DNA from: Candidatus Brocadiia bacterium
GTDB lineage: Bacteria; Planctomycetota; Brocadiia; CAIUPP01
Reading direction: 5' to 3'
NCBI GenBank assembly: GCA_052139675.1
Contig: JBKQWE010000064.1
Coordinates: 4,653-68,652 of the forward strand
DNA length: 64,000 nucleotides
In this document: positions 1-10,790 of the stretch, piece after piece
Layout: each line of letters opens with the position of its first letter
Position numbering within the stretch: the stretch's first letter is position 1
Notes under the pieces: generated by a model
Told to the model about the DNA's origin: nothing
What the model saw: the letters and a program-made list of their open reading frames with translations, nothing else
Database searches by the model: none
Translations under genes and position numbers: made by a program

Positions 1-1235
1 TCGCCGCCGCGCTCCTTGGCGCCGGGCTCGTCGGAGTATTCCTTGGCCAGCGCCGCGAAGTCCGCGCCGGGGGCCTGGGCTTTGGCCAGGACCTCGTCGG
101 CCAGTTTCTTCGCCTCCTCCTTGGTCCGCGTCGCCGTGGAACGCTCCGCGCCCTGGTAGCTGATCAGGATGTGGCTGGCGGCGATCTCGTCGGTGGGGAT
201 GTCCTCGACGAGGTCGCTGAGCGGATGGCGCATCTTCTCCGCGGTCCAACCGGGCAGTTCATAGACCCATGGCGCGTTTCGCGGGGTGAAGTCGCGCGCT
301 TTCTCCACGGCCTGCAAGAGGGCGGCCTTCTTCTTCAGTTCCTGCTCGGCCTCGGTGGGCGTGATCTGGACGCTCTCGACGTTCGGCGCGGAGGCGGAGA
401 ACTTCGCGTAATACTGGTCTCCCTTTTTCGCGAGATTTACGGTGTAGACCAGGTTGCTGGCGAGCCGGCAGGTGTAGGACGTGTCCCATTCCAGTGGCAT
501 CTTGCCGGCAGGGGAAACGTCGCTGAACTCCAGGTCGGTCAGCGCCGTGGCGACGGTATCGCAGACGGAGGACTTCGCGCGCTTCCCCTCGGGGATTTTT
601 TCCAGCGTCACGACGCCCTTCTCGTCGCGCGCGAGGGCGTACTGGTCCTTGCCGGTCTGGACCTCGACGCGCCGGATGTCGTCGGCCTTGACGTCAACGA
701 TCTTCTTGTCGAGGTAAGCCGTCGGCGTCGCGTCAATCGCCGGGTTGGTCTCGGAGGCGTAAACGGCGCCCTGGTCGAGCAGCCGAACGTACGCGCCGCC
801 GCCCTCGGCGTTCTTGCCGCGCACGAGGCCGAACAGCGTTCGCCCGGAGCTGTCCTTGAACGTCACCACGACGGCGTCCTCTGCGCCTTCCTCGACGCCC
901 AGTTCCCGGTAGTTCTCCTTCGCGTCGGTCACCTTCGTCCTGCACCGGATTTCCAGGCAGGCGAGCAGCAGTTCGTTGATCCGGTTCACCGACGCGGGAT
1001 AGTCGTCCCGCTCGGCCAGGACGAAGCCTTTGTCCTGGCGCTTCAGCGTGACGGTGTCCTTGCCATGGACGATGGAGATGGTCTGGATCTTCTCCGGCGC
1101 GACGCCCTGGATCAGCAGCGAGCCGGGCTGGAATTCCTGCTTCGCGGCGCGGTTGCCGGAATACAGGGCGAGCACGACCACGACCATTGCGGCCGTGACG
1201 GCCAACAGGACGGCGAGGCTCTTGTTGCTGATCAT
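1..1235 (-). CDS. DUF4340-domain membrane-anchored protein fused to C-terminal parvulin-type PPIase (3' end runs off the window)
   Basis: Not in ORF track; manually translated. ATG 1235 overlaps the upstream stop (TGATG). MISNKSLAVLLAVTAAMVVVVLALY anchor, then DUF4340-like region, then IAASHILISYQGAERS...EEAKKLADEVLAKAQAPGADFAALAKEYSDEPGAKERGG (parvulin signature). Confidence 0.85.
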   Translation of the reverse strand, partial: MISNKSLAVLLAVTAAMVVVVLALYSGNRAAKQEFQPGSLLIQGVAPEKIQTISIVHGKDTVTLKRQDKGFVLAERDDYPASVNRINELLLACLEIRCRTKVTDAKENYRELGVEEGAEDAVVVTFKDSSGRTLFGLVRGKNAEGGGAYVRLLDQGAVYASETNPAIDATPTAYLDKKIVDVKADDIRRVEVQTGKDQYALARDEKGVVTLEKIPEGKRAKSSVCDTVATALTDLEFSDVSPAGKMPLEWDTSYTCRLASNLVYTVNLAKKGDQYYAKFSASAPNVESVQITPTEAEQELKKKAALLQAVEKARDFTPRNAPWVYELPGWTAEKMRHPLSDLVEDIPTDEIAASHILISYQGAERSTATRTKEEAKKLADEVLAKAQAPGADFAALAKEYSDEPGAKERGG

Positions 1236-3193
1236 CAGGACGCCCTCCGTGCGATGTAGCGCCGGGCGCGAACGAAGCGGACGACGGCCAGGACGATGGC
1301 GATGAGCAGGACGGCGGCCGGCGCCCAGACGAGGTCGTTGGTCTCGATCTTCGCGCCGAGCGCTTCGATGCGCGCGCGTTTGCCCGCATTCAGGCGGCGC
1401 AACTCCTTCTGGGCCTCGCGGATGTCCTCCTCGACCTTCTTGCGTTGAGCGACCGCTTCGCCGGCGATCAGTTTCTCGTTGCCCGCCGTGGCCGACGCGC
1501 CCAGTTTGGCGAGCTGGTCCTGGTACGCCTTGATCCGCTCGTTGAGCGCGTTGACCTGGTCGCCGGTGGCGGCTTCGGCCTCGCGGTCAATCCGGTCCAC
1601 CACCGTGAACGGCCGGTTGAAGCCGCCGCGCGAGCGGATGGCGATCAAGTCGGACGAGCCGGCGAGGAAATCCAGCGCGTTGGAGACCAGCGGCGCGTTG
1701 TCGCCCTGTTGCTCGGCGCCGAAGAACTCCTCGCGGTACGCCACCATGTCCGAGATCATGTCCACGTCCGCGAAGACCAGGATCACGCCCTCGCCGGGCG
1801 CTTCCTTGACCGCTTCGATGGTCTTCGGCTTGGGCTCCTCCGCGGGCTTGCCGTTCGCCGGCGCCGGCTCCTTCTTCTCTTCGGCCGGGAGCCCGTTCGG
1901 GAAGTTGGTCCGGAACTTTCCGGTGAGGCGGCACGCCAGCATGAGCGGCTTCGTGCCGTCGCTGACCGCGCGGCGGATGGCCTCCGGGTTCGGGGCCGTC
2001 AGTTCCCATGGCCCGGCGGGTTTCCACACGTTGCCGGTGGAGGTGGTGGTCAGGAGCGGCGTCACCTTGACGCCGGCCGTCGGCACCTCCTCGAGCACGC
2101 CGGCGAACAGCACCCGCACGTCGTGCAGCGGCGCCGTGATGATTTCCTTCCGGTTGAAACAGTCGTCCTGGAGCAGCATGTACGGCAGCAGCGGCGAGGG
2201 CGGCTCGTTCGGCCCGAGCTGAGCCTTGATCGCGAGCAGGCGGTCCGCGGCGATCTCGTCGGGCTCCATCTCCACGCCCCAGCCGCGCAGCAGCGCGTTC
2301 AGGTCCGACGATCTCTTCGGCTCCGCCGCCTGGGAGGGTTCCTGCTGCCGGGGTTGGTCCGCCACGCAGAAGGGGTCCACGAACACCATCAGCCGGCCGC
2401 CCTTCATGACGAACTGGTCAATGGCGAAGAGCGTTTTCTTCGGCAGGTCCTTCGGGTGGACGACCATCAGGAAATCCAGGCCCGCCGGGATCGCGTCCGC
2501 GTCCGCCGGGACGGTCTCGATGTCATACGTCTCGCGCAGGTCCGTGATGATCGTCCACGGTTTCGGCATCTCGCGCCCCTGCATGCGCATCATCTGCATC
2601 AGGTACGGCGACATCTCCGGCCCGGCCAGCTCCAGCGAGGAGAGCACGCCCACCTTTTTCTTGTCCCGCAGGACGGCGGTGGAGATGAGCTTCGAGATGT
2701 CGTACTCCACGAAGTCCTGCCGGTCCGGCTCGAAGAAGGGGATCACCTTGACCTTCCCGAACGCCGTTTGCGCCACGAGCCCGAAGAAGAACACGTCCTC
2801 CTCCGAGAGAGCGAAGCGCTTGACGCCCGCCTGCAGGGCCTCTTCCTCCGCGTCGGTGTACTGGCGCGGGTCCAGCACTTCCAGCTTGAGCTTGCCGCCG
2901 GAGAGCTTGACGTATTCCTCCAGCAGGTCGCGCACGTAGAGGTAATAACTGTTGAAGAACCGGATCGCGTCGGGGCCCTTCATCGCCGCCGTGCGGCTGT
3001 AGTAGAGCTTCAGCGTCATCGGCTGGCTGAGCTGGCCGAGGATGTGGCGCGTTCCGGGCGACAGGGTGTAAATCTTCTCCTGCGTCAAATCCACGCTCAC
3101 GCCGCGGACGGTCTTCTGGAGGACCAGGATCAGGCAGAGCGCGATGACCAGGACGCAGAGGACGGCCAGGGCGTTTCGAATCGTCTTGCTCAT
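1235..3193 (-). CDS. GldG-like ABC transporter auxiliary component
   Basis: N-terminal TM, DLTQEKIYTLS motif, IDQFVMKGGRLMVFVDP, C-terminal coiled coil and TM; coupled to permease. Confidence 0.85.
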   Translation of the reverse strand: MSKTIRNALAVLCVLVIALCLILVLQKTVRGVSVDLTQEKIYTLSPGTRHILGQLSQPMTLKLYYSRTAAMKGPDAIRFFNSYYLYVRDLLEEYVKLSGGKLKLEVLDPRQYTDAEEEALQAGVKRFALSEEDVFFFGLVAQTAFGKVKVIPFFEPDRQDFVEYDISKLISTAVLRDKKKVGVLSSLELAGPEMSPYLMQMMRMQGREMPKPWTIITDLRETYDIETVPADADAIPAGLDFLMVVHPKDLPKKTLFAIDQFVMKGGRLMVFVDPFCVADQPRQQEPSQAAEPKRSSDLNALLRGWGVEMEPDEIAADRLLAIKAQLGPNEPPSPLLPYMLLQDDCFNRKEIITAPLHDVRVLFAGVLEEVPTAGVKVTPLLTTTSTGNVWKPAGPWELTAPNPEAIRRAVSDGTKPLMLACRLTGKFRTNFPNGLPAEEKKEPAPANGKPAEEPKPKTIEAVKEAPGEGVILVFADVDMISDMVAYREEFFGAEQQGDNAPLVSNALDFLAGSSDLIAIRSRGGFNRPFTVVDRIDREAEAATGDQVNALNERIKAYQDQLAKLGASATAGNEKLIAGEAVAQRKKVEEDIREAQKELRRLNAGKRARIEALGAKIETNDLVWAPAAVLLIAIVLAVVRFVRARRYIARRAS

Positions 3194-3924
3194 CCGGCGG
3201 CCATCCTTTCTTTGAGGGTCAGAACGTTCGCGCAGAGCCAGGCCGCGCCGAGGATCACGAAGAACGCCACGTCGCGCAGGTCCAGCACGCCGCGCATGAG
3301 CGACTCAAACCGCAGTTGGATGCTCAGGCTCTCGATCACCTCGACGCCCTGGAGCGGGAGGAAGCCGCTCAGGTAGTCCATCGCCGCCGGGCTGCTCGCG
3401 TACAGGAACAGCGCGCACGCGACGACCGACAGCACGAAGGCGATCACCTGGTTGCGCGTCAGCGAGGAGAAAAAGCTGCCGATCGCCAGGTAGGCGCCGG
3501 CGAGCAGCATCGTCCCGATATACCCGCCGATGATCGGGCCGGGGTCCGGCCGCCCCAGCCAGCAGACGGTGATCACCATCGGGCAGGTCAGCGCCAGCGC
3601 CAGCGCGATCACGGTCCAGGCGGCGAAGAATTTTCCCAGCACGGCCTGCGTCACCGTCACCGGCAGGGTCATGAGCAGCTCGATCGAGTTCGTGCGCCGC
3701 TCCTCCGCCCACAGCCGCATGGCCATCGCGGGCGCCAGGAAGATGAACAGCAGCGGCATGTTCATGAAGAAGAGCCGGAGCGAGGCGACGCGCATCTCGT
3801 AGAAACCGTGCTGGAACGTCATGAAGCTCGCGAAGAGAAGGAAGATGACCAGGAACACGTACGCCAGCGGCGTGGAGAAATAGCCGCGCAGCTCGCGCTT
3901 GAAGATGCTGACGAATCCTTTCAT
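3190..3924 (-). CDS. ABC-2 permease (GldF-like)
   Basis: MKGFVSIFKRELRGYFSTPLAY; MRLWAEERRTNSIELLMTLP; ATGA overlap with the ATPase gene. Confidence 0.9.
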   Translation of the reverse strand: MKGFVSIFKRELRGYFSTPLAYVFLVIFLLFASFMTFQHGFYEMRVASLRLFFMNMPLLFIFLAPAMAMRLWAEERRTNSIELLMTLPVTVTQAVLGKFFAAWTVIALALALTCPMVITVCWLGRPDPGPIIGGYIGTMLLAGAYLAIGSFFSSLTRNQVIAFVLSVVACALFLYASSPAAMDYLSGFLPLQGVEVIESLSIQLRFESLMRGVLDLRDVAFFVILGAAWLCANVLTLKERMAAG

Positions 3925-4685
3925 GGCCTGCCTCCCGCCGCACGGAGGGCGGGCGAGCCCGCCGCGCGGTTCCCGGCCCGCGTGGTCAGCTTGCGGAATA
4001 TCTCGTCCAGCGTGCCGCCCTCGCGCTGCCGGAGCGCGTCCGGCGTCGTATCCTCCAGGAGGCGGCCGCGCGCGATGATGATGATCCGCGTGCAGATCGC
4101 GTCCACTTCCTCCAGGACGTGCGTGCTGATGATCATGCACTTCTCCCGCGCCATGCGCCGGATGAGCTGGCGCACCTCGTGCTTCTGGTTCGGGTCGAGG
4201 CCGTCGGTCGGCTCGTCCAGGATCAGGACGGCCGGATCGTGCACCAGCGCCTGCGCCAGCCCCACGCGCCGGCGGTAGCCCTTCGAGAGCGTGCCGATGG
4301 GCTGGTGCATCACCCCGGTCAGCGCGCAGGTCTCCGCCACGCGGTCCATGGCCGCCGCGCGCTCCCCGCCGCGGAGGCCGCGCGCGTCGCAGATGAACCT
4401 CAGAAAACTCTCGGCGGTCATCTCGTCGTACGCCGGCACGTTCTCGGCCAGGTAGCCGGTGCGCCGCCGGACCTCCACGGACTCCTTGACGATGTCGTGC
4501 CCGAGCACCGTCGCCGTCCCTCCATCGGGCGGCAGGAAACAGCTCAGCATGCGCATGGTCGTGGACTTCCCTGCGCCGTTCGGCCCCAGGAACCCGAGCA
4601 CCTCGCCCCGGTTGACCTTGAACGACACGCGGTCAACGGCGAGAATGGGGCCGAAGGACTTGCTCAACGCCTTCGCTTCGATCAT
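3921..4685 (-). CDS. ABC transporter ATP-binding protein (GldA-like)
   Basis: Walker A GPNGAGKS, signature LSKGY, Walker B LILDEP. Confidence 0.95.
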   Translation of the reverse strand: MIEAKALSKSFGPILAVDRVSFKVNRGEVLGFLGPNGAGKSTTMRMLSCFLPPDGGTATVLGHDIVKESVEVRRRTGYLAENVPAYDEMTAESFLRFICDARGLRGGERAAAMDRVAETCALTGVMHQPIGTLSKGYRRRVGLAQALVHDPAVLILDEPTDGLDPNQKHEVRQLIRRMAREKCMIISTHVLEEVDAICTRIIIIARGRLLEDTTPDALRQREGGTLDEIFRKLTTRAGNRAAGSPALRAAGGRP

Positions 4686-4778
4686 CTCTCTGGAGACCCT
4701 CCTCAAAACACCGTGAGATTCCGGAAACGGCAGGGCAGGAACCTCCGGGCGGCTGCGGCAGTCGGCTGCGCGCGACGG

Positions 4779-5309
4779 CTACTTCGGCACGATCTTTTCC
4801 AGGCGCTTCTCTCCGGTCTTGATGTCTTTTCCATGCAACTCGATGTAATGGACCTTGGGTCCCGTCAGCCCGTCGGTGGAATTGATGTACATTTTTTCGA
4901 GGACCGCCGGCCGGCCGTCAATGGCCAGCTCGGCGCGGGCGGCCTTGCCGGCCTTCTTCACGGTGATCGGCCGGTCGGGGGCGGAGACCACGGTCAGGCT
5001 ATAGCTGTCACCCGACGCGTCCGGCTTGATGTCGAAGCCGTACGCTTTCTTCTTCTCGATCCAGTTGAGTTCCTCGCGGCGGCCGTCCTCGGCGAGCATG
5101 ATCCAGTAGGCGATCACCGGCTCCTTGGGATTCAGCCGGCCATCGGCATCGAGCTGTGCGTCGTAATGCACCACGTTGGCGTTCTTGCTCCGCTCGATGA
5201 TGAACAGCGGCAGCACTTCCGGCCGGGCCGCAGCCGGAAAAAGCGGGGCGGCGCAGACCGCCGCGGCGAGCAGGCCGAGAACCGCGAAACGCCGCGTCAT
5301 TCTTCGCAT
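4779..5309 (-). CDS. DUF4833 domain secreted protein
   Basis: Signal peptide; LFIIERSKNANVVHYD...EPVIAYWI...ELNWIEKKKAYG motif typical of DUF4833. Confidence 0.75.
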   Translation of the reverse strand: MRRMTRRFAVLGLLAAAVCAAPLFPAAARPEVLPLFIIERSKNANVVHYDAQLDADGRLNPKEPVIAYWIMLAEDGRREELNWIEKKKAYGFDIKPDASGDSYSLTVVSAPDRPITVKKAGKAARAELAIDGRPAVLEKMYINSTDGLTGPKVHYIELHGKDIKTGEKRLEKIVPK

Positions 5310-5407
5310 CCGGACCTCAGATCAAGAAATCATTAATAAAATATTGGAAAGTCGCATGACATTTGGTATCATCTCGGCCTGTCCAGGTCAATCACGAGGC
5401 AGGGCCA

Positions 5408-6628
<1,221 letters not shown>

Positions 6629-6633
6629 CCGCC

Positions 6634-7749
6634 ATGCGCGTCCGCGAAGTCGTCACTCCCCAGGACCGTGAGCGGTTCATTCGTTTCCCGTGGGAGATCT
6701 ACCGGCGGGACCCGAACTGGGTTCCGCCGCTGATCTCGGAACGGCGCGAGTTTCTCGACCCGCGCAAAAATCCCTTCTTCGAACACGCCGAGGCGAAGCT
6801 CTTCCTCGCCGGCGACGACGCCGGCGCCGTGCGCGGGCGGATCGCCGCGATCGTCAACCGCAGCCACAATGAGCAGCACGGCGAGCCGGCCGGCTTCTTC
6901 GGCTTGTTCGAGTGCCGCGACGATCCCGAGGCCGCCGCGGCCCTGTTCGACGCCGCCGCCGGTTTCCTGAAATCGCGCGGCATGACCGTCATGCGCGGGC
7001 CCGAGAACATGTCCGTGAATGACGACGTCGGCCTGCTCGTCGAGGGCTTCGACTCGCCGCCGGCGCTCATGATGCCCTACAATCCCCGCTACTATATCCC
7101 GCTGGTGGAGGCGCGCGGCTTCCGGAAGGCCATGGACCTCTACGCCTGGTACGGCGACGCCCGCGAGCTGGAAATACCCGAGAAAATCACGCGCGGCATC
7201 CAACTGTGCCAGCGGCGGTTCGGGTTCAAGGTGCGCTCGGTGGACATGCGCCGGTTCGACGAGGAGCTCCGCAACATCCACCGGGTCTACACGGAGGCCT
7301 GGGAGCAGAACTGGGGCGCGGTGGCCATGACGGCGAAGGAATTCGACTACCTCGCCGCCCAGCTCAAGCCCGTCGTGGATCCCGACCTCTGCCTGATCGC
7401 CGAGGTCGGCGGCGAAGTCGCGGGCTTCTCGCTGGCGCTCCCGGATTTCAACCAGGCGCTGATCCACCTCAACGGGCGGCTGCTGCCCTTCGGCATCCTG
7501 AAACTGCTCTGGTATCGCCGGAAGATTGACATGATCCGCATCCTGACCACCGGCGTCATCAAGAAGTTCCGCCACATGGGCATTGACAGTTGCTTCTATT
7601 ACGAGACCTGGAAACGCGGCAACGCCAAAGGCATTTACCGGGGCGAGATGTCCTGGATCCTCGAGAACAACGCCGCGATGAACAACGCGCTGCGGAATCT
7701 CGGGTTCAGGATTTACAAGCGATATCGGCTTTATGACCGCGACCTCTAA
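6634..7749 (+). CDS. GNAT-fold bacterial ceramide synthase (bCerS-like)
   Basis: FIRFPWEIY..DPNWVPPL..ER..LDP.KNPFFEHA, GRIAA, GFFGLFE, GLLVEGFD.PP..MMPYNP.YY, EMSWILENN; 5 nt after spt. Confidence 0.75.
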   Translation: MRVREVVTPQDRERFIRFPWEIYRRDPNWVPPLISERREFLDPRKNPFFEHAEAKLFLAGDDAGAVRGRIAAIVNRSHNEQHGEPAGFFGLFECRDDPEAAAALFDAAAGFLKSRGMTVMRGPENMSVNDDVGLLVEGFDSPPALMMPYNPRYYIPLVEARGFRKAMDLYAWYGDARELEIPEKITRGIQLCQRRFGFKVRSVDMRRFDEELRNIHRVYTEAWEQNWGAVAMTAKEFDYLAAQLKPVVDPDLCLIAEVGGEVAGFSLALPDFNQALIHLNGRLLPFGILKLLWYRRKIDMIRILTTGVIKKFRHMGIDSCFYYETWKRGNAKGIYRGEMSWILENNAAMNNALRNLGFRIYKRYRLYDRDL

Positions 7750-7798
7750 GCCGACAGAGGCATTTTGCCACGTAAGCCGACAGAGGCATTTTGCCACG
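7747..7798. repeat. Exact 26-bp tandem duplication TAAGCCGACAGAGGCATTTTGCCACG
   Basis: Copies at 7747-7772 and 7773-7798. Confidence 0.95.
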
Positions 7799-7902
7799 GA
7801 TTTCACGGATTGACACGGATTACCGACAAACAAAGGCAAAGGCCGAGAGTTCTTTTCCTCATTTCCGTTAATCCGTGGAAATCCGTGAAATCCGTGGCAA
7901 AA
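7789..7902. repeat. Palindromic element with (CACGGAT)x3 / (ATCCGTG)x3 arms
   Basis: TTTTGCCACGGATTTCACGGATTGACACGGATTA ... TAATCCGTGGAAATCCGTGAAATCCGTGGCAAAA. Confidence 0.9.
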
Positions 7903-7932
7903 AACCGTCGTTGACTTTAATGAGACGGCGAA

Positions 7933-8916
7933 ATGAAAGTCCTGCTGACCGGGGCGAACGGTTTCGTCGGCAGCCACATCCTCGACCAGCTCTGCGCCGC
8001 CGGCCACCCGGTGCGCGTGCTGTTGAGAAAGACGAGCCGCACGGGCTTCATCGAGGACCATCTGCCGGGCGTCGAAGTCCGGTACGGATCGGTCACCGAT
8101 CCGGGGCCGCTGCGCGACGCGGTGCAGGGCGCCGACTGCGTCATCCACTGCGCCGGGAAGACGAAGGCCGTCCGCGCCGCCGAGTACGATGCGGTGAACC
8201 TGGAGGGCACGCGCAACGTGGTGGCCGCCGTCAACGCGGAGAAAGCGACGGTCAAGCACCTGGTCCACATATCCAGCCTCGCCGCCAACCATCCCGCCGG
8301 CGCCGACGCGCCCGCGCTGGAGACGGACGCGCCCAGGCCGGTCTCCGAATACGGCCGGAGCAAGCTGCGCGCGGAGGAACTGGTCAGGGAAACCTGCCAG
8401 GCGCCCTTCACCATCCTGCGGCCCTCGGCGGTATACGGCCCGCGCGACGCCGATTTCCTGCCCGTCTTCAAGGCCGTTCGCAGACACCTGATGCCGCTCA
8501 TCGGCGGCGGGCGGATGCAACTGAGCCTGGTCTGCGTCGGCGACGTCGCCGCGGCCGCGCTGCGGTGCCTGGGGAATCCGCAGGCGTACCGGAAGACGTA
8601 CCACGTCGCGTCGCCGGAGCCCTGCTCCACGCGCGATTTCCTGCGGGAGATCGCCGCCGTCATGAACGTGCGCACCGTGCCGATTTTCATCCCGTTCGCG
8701 CTGCTCTATCCGGTCGCGCTCGGCCGGGAACTCCTGGCGCGCGCCACGGGCAAGCCGAACATCCTCAGCCGTCAGAAGCTCAGGGAGATGAAGGCGCCCG
8801 GCTGGGTCTGCTCCACGGACCTGATCCGGCGCGACCTCCAGTTCACGGCCGGCACCCGCCTCAGCGAAGGTATCGCAAGGACGATCACCTGGTATGAACA
8901 GAACGGATGGCTCTGA
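7933..8916 (+). CDS. Extended SDR / NAD-dependent epimerase, candidate ceramide reductase (CerR-like)
   Basis: TGANGFVG Rossmann motif, YGRSK catalytic motif, LRPSAVYGP; operon position. Confidence 0.75.
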   Translation: MKVLLTGANGFVGSHILDQLCAAGHPVRVLLRKTSRTGFIEDHLPGVEVRYGSVTDPGPLRDAVQGADCVIHCAGKTKAVRAAEYDAVNLEGTRNVVAAVNAEKATVKHLVHISSLAANHPAGADAPALETDAPRPVSEYGRSKLRAEELVRETCQAPFTILRPSAVYGPRDADFLPVFKAVRRHLMPLIGGGRMQLSLVCVGDVAAAALRCLGNPQAYRKTYHVASPEPCSTRDFLREIAAVMNVRTVPIFIPFALLYPVALGRELLARATGKPNILSRQKLREMKAPGWVCSTDLIRRDLQFTAGTRLSEGIARTITWYEQNGWL

Positions 8917-9856
8917 CGCTCCTGGCCCAGGCGATTCGCCTGCGCGGGCGTTCTTCCGCCTCAAGGACCACACGTTCGTTGACTACGCGACGCAAGCCTA
9001 CCTGGTGATCGTCGGCCTGCTGATCCTCTGCTTCTATCGGGGCCCGGCGGAGTTGCGGAACGGTCTCCTGGCCGGGCACGTCGTTTACTTTCTCGCCATC
9101 CAGGCGCTGATCCGGACGAGCGCGCGGCGGCCGGGCAACCGCGTCATCGGCTTCCTGCGGCACTTCTATCCCATCCTGCTTTATCCCGGCTTGTATCGGG
9201 AGACCGGCGAGTTGAATCGCATGTTCGCCGGCGCGTACCTGGACGCCTCCTTCATCCGCTTCGAGCAGAGGCTGTTCGGCTGCCAGCCCAGCATCCTGTT
9301 CATGGAGAAACTGCCCTGGCTGCCGATCAGCGAAATCTTCTACGCGGCTTATTTCTCCTTTTACGTCATGATCGCAGGGATAGGCCTCATCCTGTATTTC
9401 CAGGAAAAGCGGCGGTTCTGGCGCTACGTTGCGGTGGTCTCGTTCGTCTTCTACGGCTGTTACCTGGCCTTCATCTTCCTGCCCGTCGTCGGGTCGCGCG
9501 TGTTCTACACCCCGGTGCCGGGTTTCGACCATGCGCAGTTTTCATTCTTCCCGCTCGCGTTTCCGGCCGCCGTCCAGTCCGGGCCGATGTACAAGTTGGA
9601 GACGCTGATCTACCGCGCTGAAGCGCCCGGCGGCGCGTTCCCCAGCAGCCACGTGGCGCTCGCCCTCTGCACGCTTTACTTCTCATGGCGCTTCGTCCCG
9701 AAGATTCGATGGGTCCACCTGGCCGTGGTGATCCTCCTGTGCGCCGCGACCGTTTACTGCAGGTACCACTACCTGGTGGACGTGTTTGCAGGCATGCTCA
9801 CGGCGGCTCTGCTCATACCGCTGGGAGAGTGGCTTTACCGAAAAACTGGCGGCTAA
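8894..9856 (+). CDS. PAP2 superfamily, Aur1/inositol-phosphorylceramide-synthase-like membrane enzyme
   Basis: Multi-TM; AFPSSHV and YCRYHYLVDVFAG match the Aur1/PAP2 catalytic motifs. Confidence 0.75.
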   Translation: MNRTDGSDAPGPGDSPARAFFRLKDHTFVDYATQAYLVIVGLLILCFYRGPAELRNGLLAGHVVYFLAIQALIRTSARRPGNRVIGFLRHFYPILLYPGLYRETGELNRMFAGAYLDASFIRFEQRLFGCQPSILFMEKLPWLPISEIFYAAYFSFYVMIAGIGLILYFQEKRRFWRYVAVVSFVFYGCYLAFIFLPVVGSRVFYTPVPGFDHAQFSFFPLAFPAAVQSGPMYKLETLIYRAEAPGGAFPSSHVALALCTLYFSWRFVPKIRWVHLAVVILLCAATVYCRYHYLVDVFAGMLTAALLIPLGEWLYRKTGG

Positions 9857-10014
9857 CGGAAAGCGCTTCTTACCGTTGCCGACTTTCACCGCGAGGGAAA
9901 GACAGAATCGCTTCGTCCACAACGCGACCGGCGCCCGCCGGTCCTGGGACAATCTTGTCATTCCAAACAGGACGTAGTAGACTGACGGCGGAAGACGCGA
10001 GGAGAACGAGCCGC

Positions 10015-10356
10015 ATGGAAACTGTGCAGACAAACATCGGCATAGATGATGCCCTGATCGGGGAGATCGTGCGCCGGGTGCTCTCGGTGGCCCATCCCGA
10101 CAGGATTGTCCTCTTCGGTTCAGCGGCCACAGGGAAAATGACGCGCGACAGCGACATTGACCTGTTGGTCGTCGAGGCGCAGGCAAATGATCGTCGCAAG
10201 GAGAGCGTGCGGATCGGCGATGCCCTGCGCGGGCTGGGATTTCCGTTCGATGTGCTCGTCATCTCCAAGGACTGGTTTGAGGCGAGCAAGAACGTGATTG
10301 GCGGCATCGCCTATCCCGCAAGCAAGTACGGTCGAGTGATTTATGAAACCGTCTGA
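10015..10356 (+). CDS. Minimal nucleotidyltransferase (MNT) antitoxin
   Basis: VLFGSAATG...DSDIDLLV; GGAG RBS. Confidence 0.85.
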   Translation: METVQTNIGIDDALIGEIVRRVLSVAHPDRIVLFGSAATGKMTRDSDIDLLVVEAQANDRRKESVRIGDALRGLGFPFDVLVISKDWFEASKNVIGGIAYPASKYGRVIYETV

Positions 10357-10753
10357 AAATCAGGCTCGCAGACGGCTGGTTAGGCAATGGCTTGACAAGG
10401 CGGAGACCGACCTCCAGGCAGCCGAATGGCTTGTCTCGCGCGACCCTCCGCTCCTGTATCCGTCGTGTTTTTTCTCGCAACAGGCCGCTGAGAAGCACCT
10501 GAAGGCGCTGCTCACGCACCACAATGTCGATGTTCCCAAGACGCATGTTATCGGACAACTTCTGGACTTACTGGCGCGCGTTGATGCCCCGCTCGCTCAG
10601 AGTCTGGCCGGAGCTACCGCGCTCAGCCCATATAGCGTCGAGGCCCGCTATCCGGGCGATATGCCGGAGCTCACGGTGGCCGAAGGGCAGGAGGCGCTTC
10701 GTCTGGCCCAATTTGTGCGGGAAGCCGTCCTCGCAGCACTGGAGTTGAAGTGA
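10343..10753 (+). CDS. HEPN domain protein
   Basis: WLDKAETDL, CFFSQQAAEKHLKALL, KTH, EARYPG; overlaps MNT. Confidence 0.85.
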   Translation: MKPSENQARRRLVRQWLDKAETDLQAAEWLVSRDPPLLYPSCFFSQQAAEKHLKALLTHHNVDVPKTHVIGQLLDLLARVDAPLAQSLAGATALSPYSVEARYPGDMPELTVAEGQEALRLAQFVREAVLAALELK

Positions 10754-10790
10754 CCCATTCTGTCCGCGCGGGCTCCTGAATGTAACAGCC

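Noticed and set aside
171-1389. ORF-track calls 171-1259(+) and 733-1389(-)
   Set aside because: The real gene is in another minus-strand frame (DUF4340-PPIase) that runs off the window.
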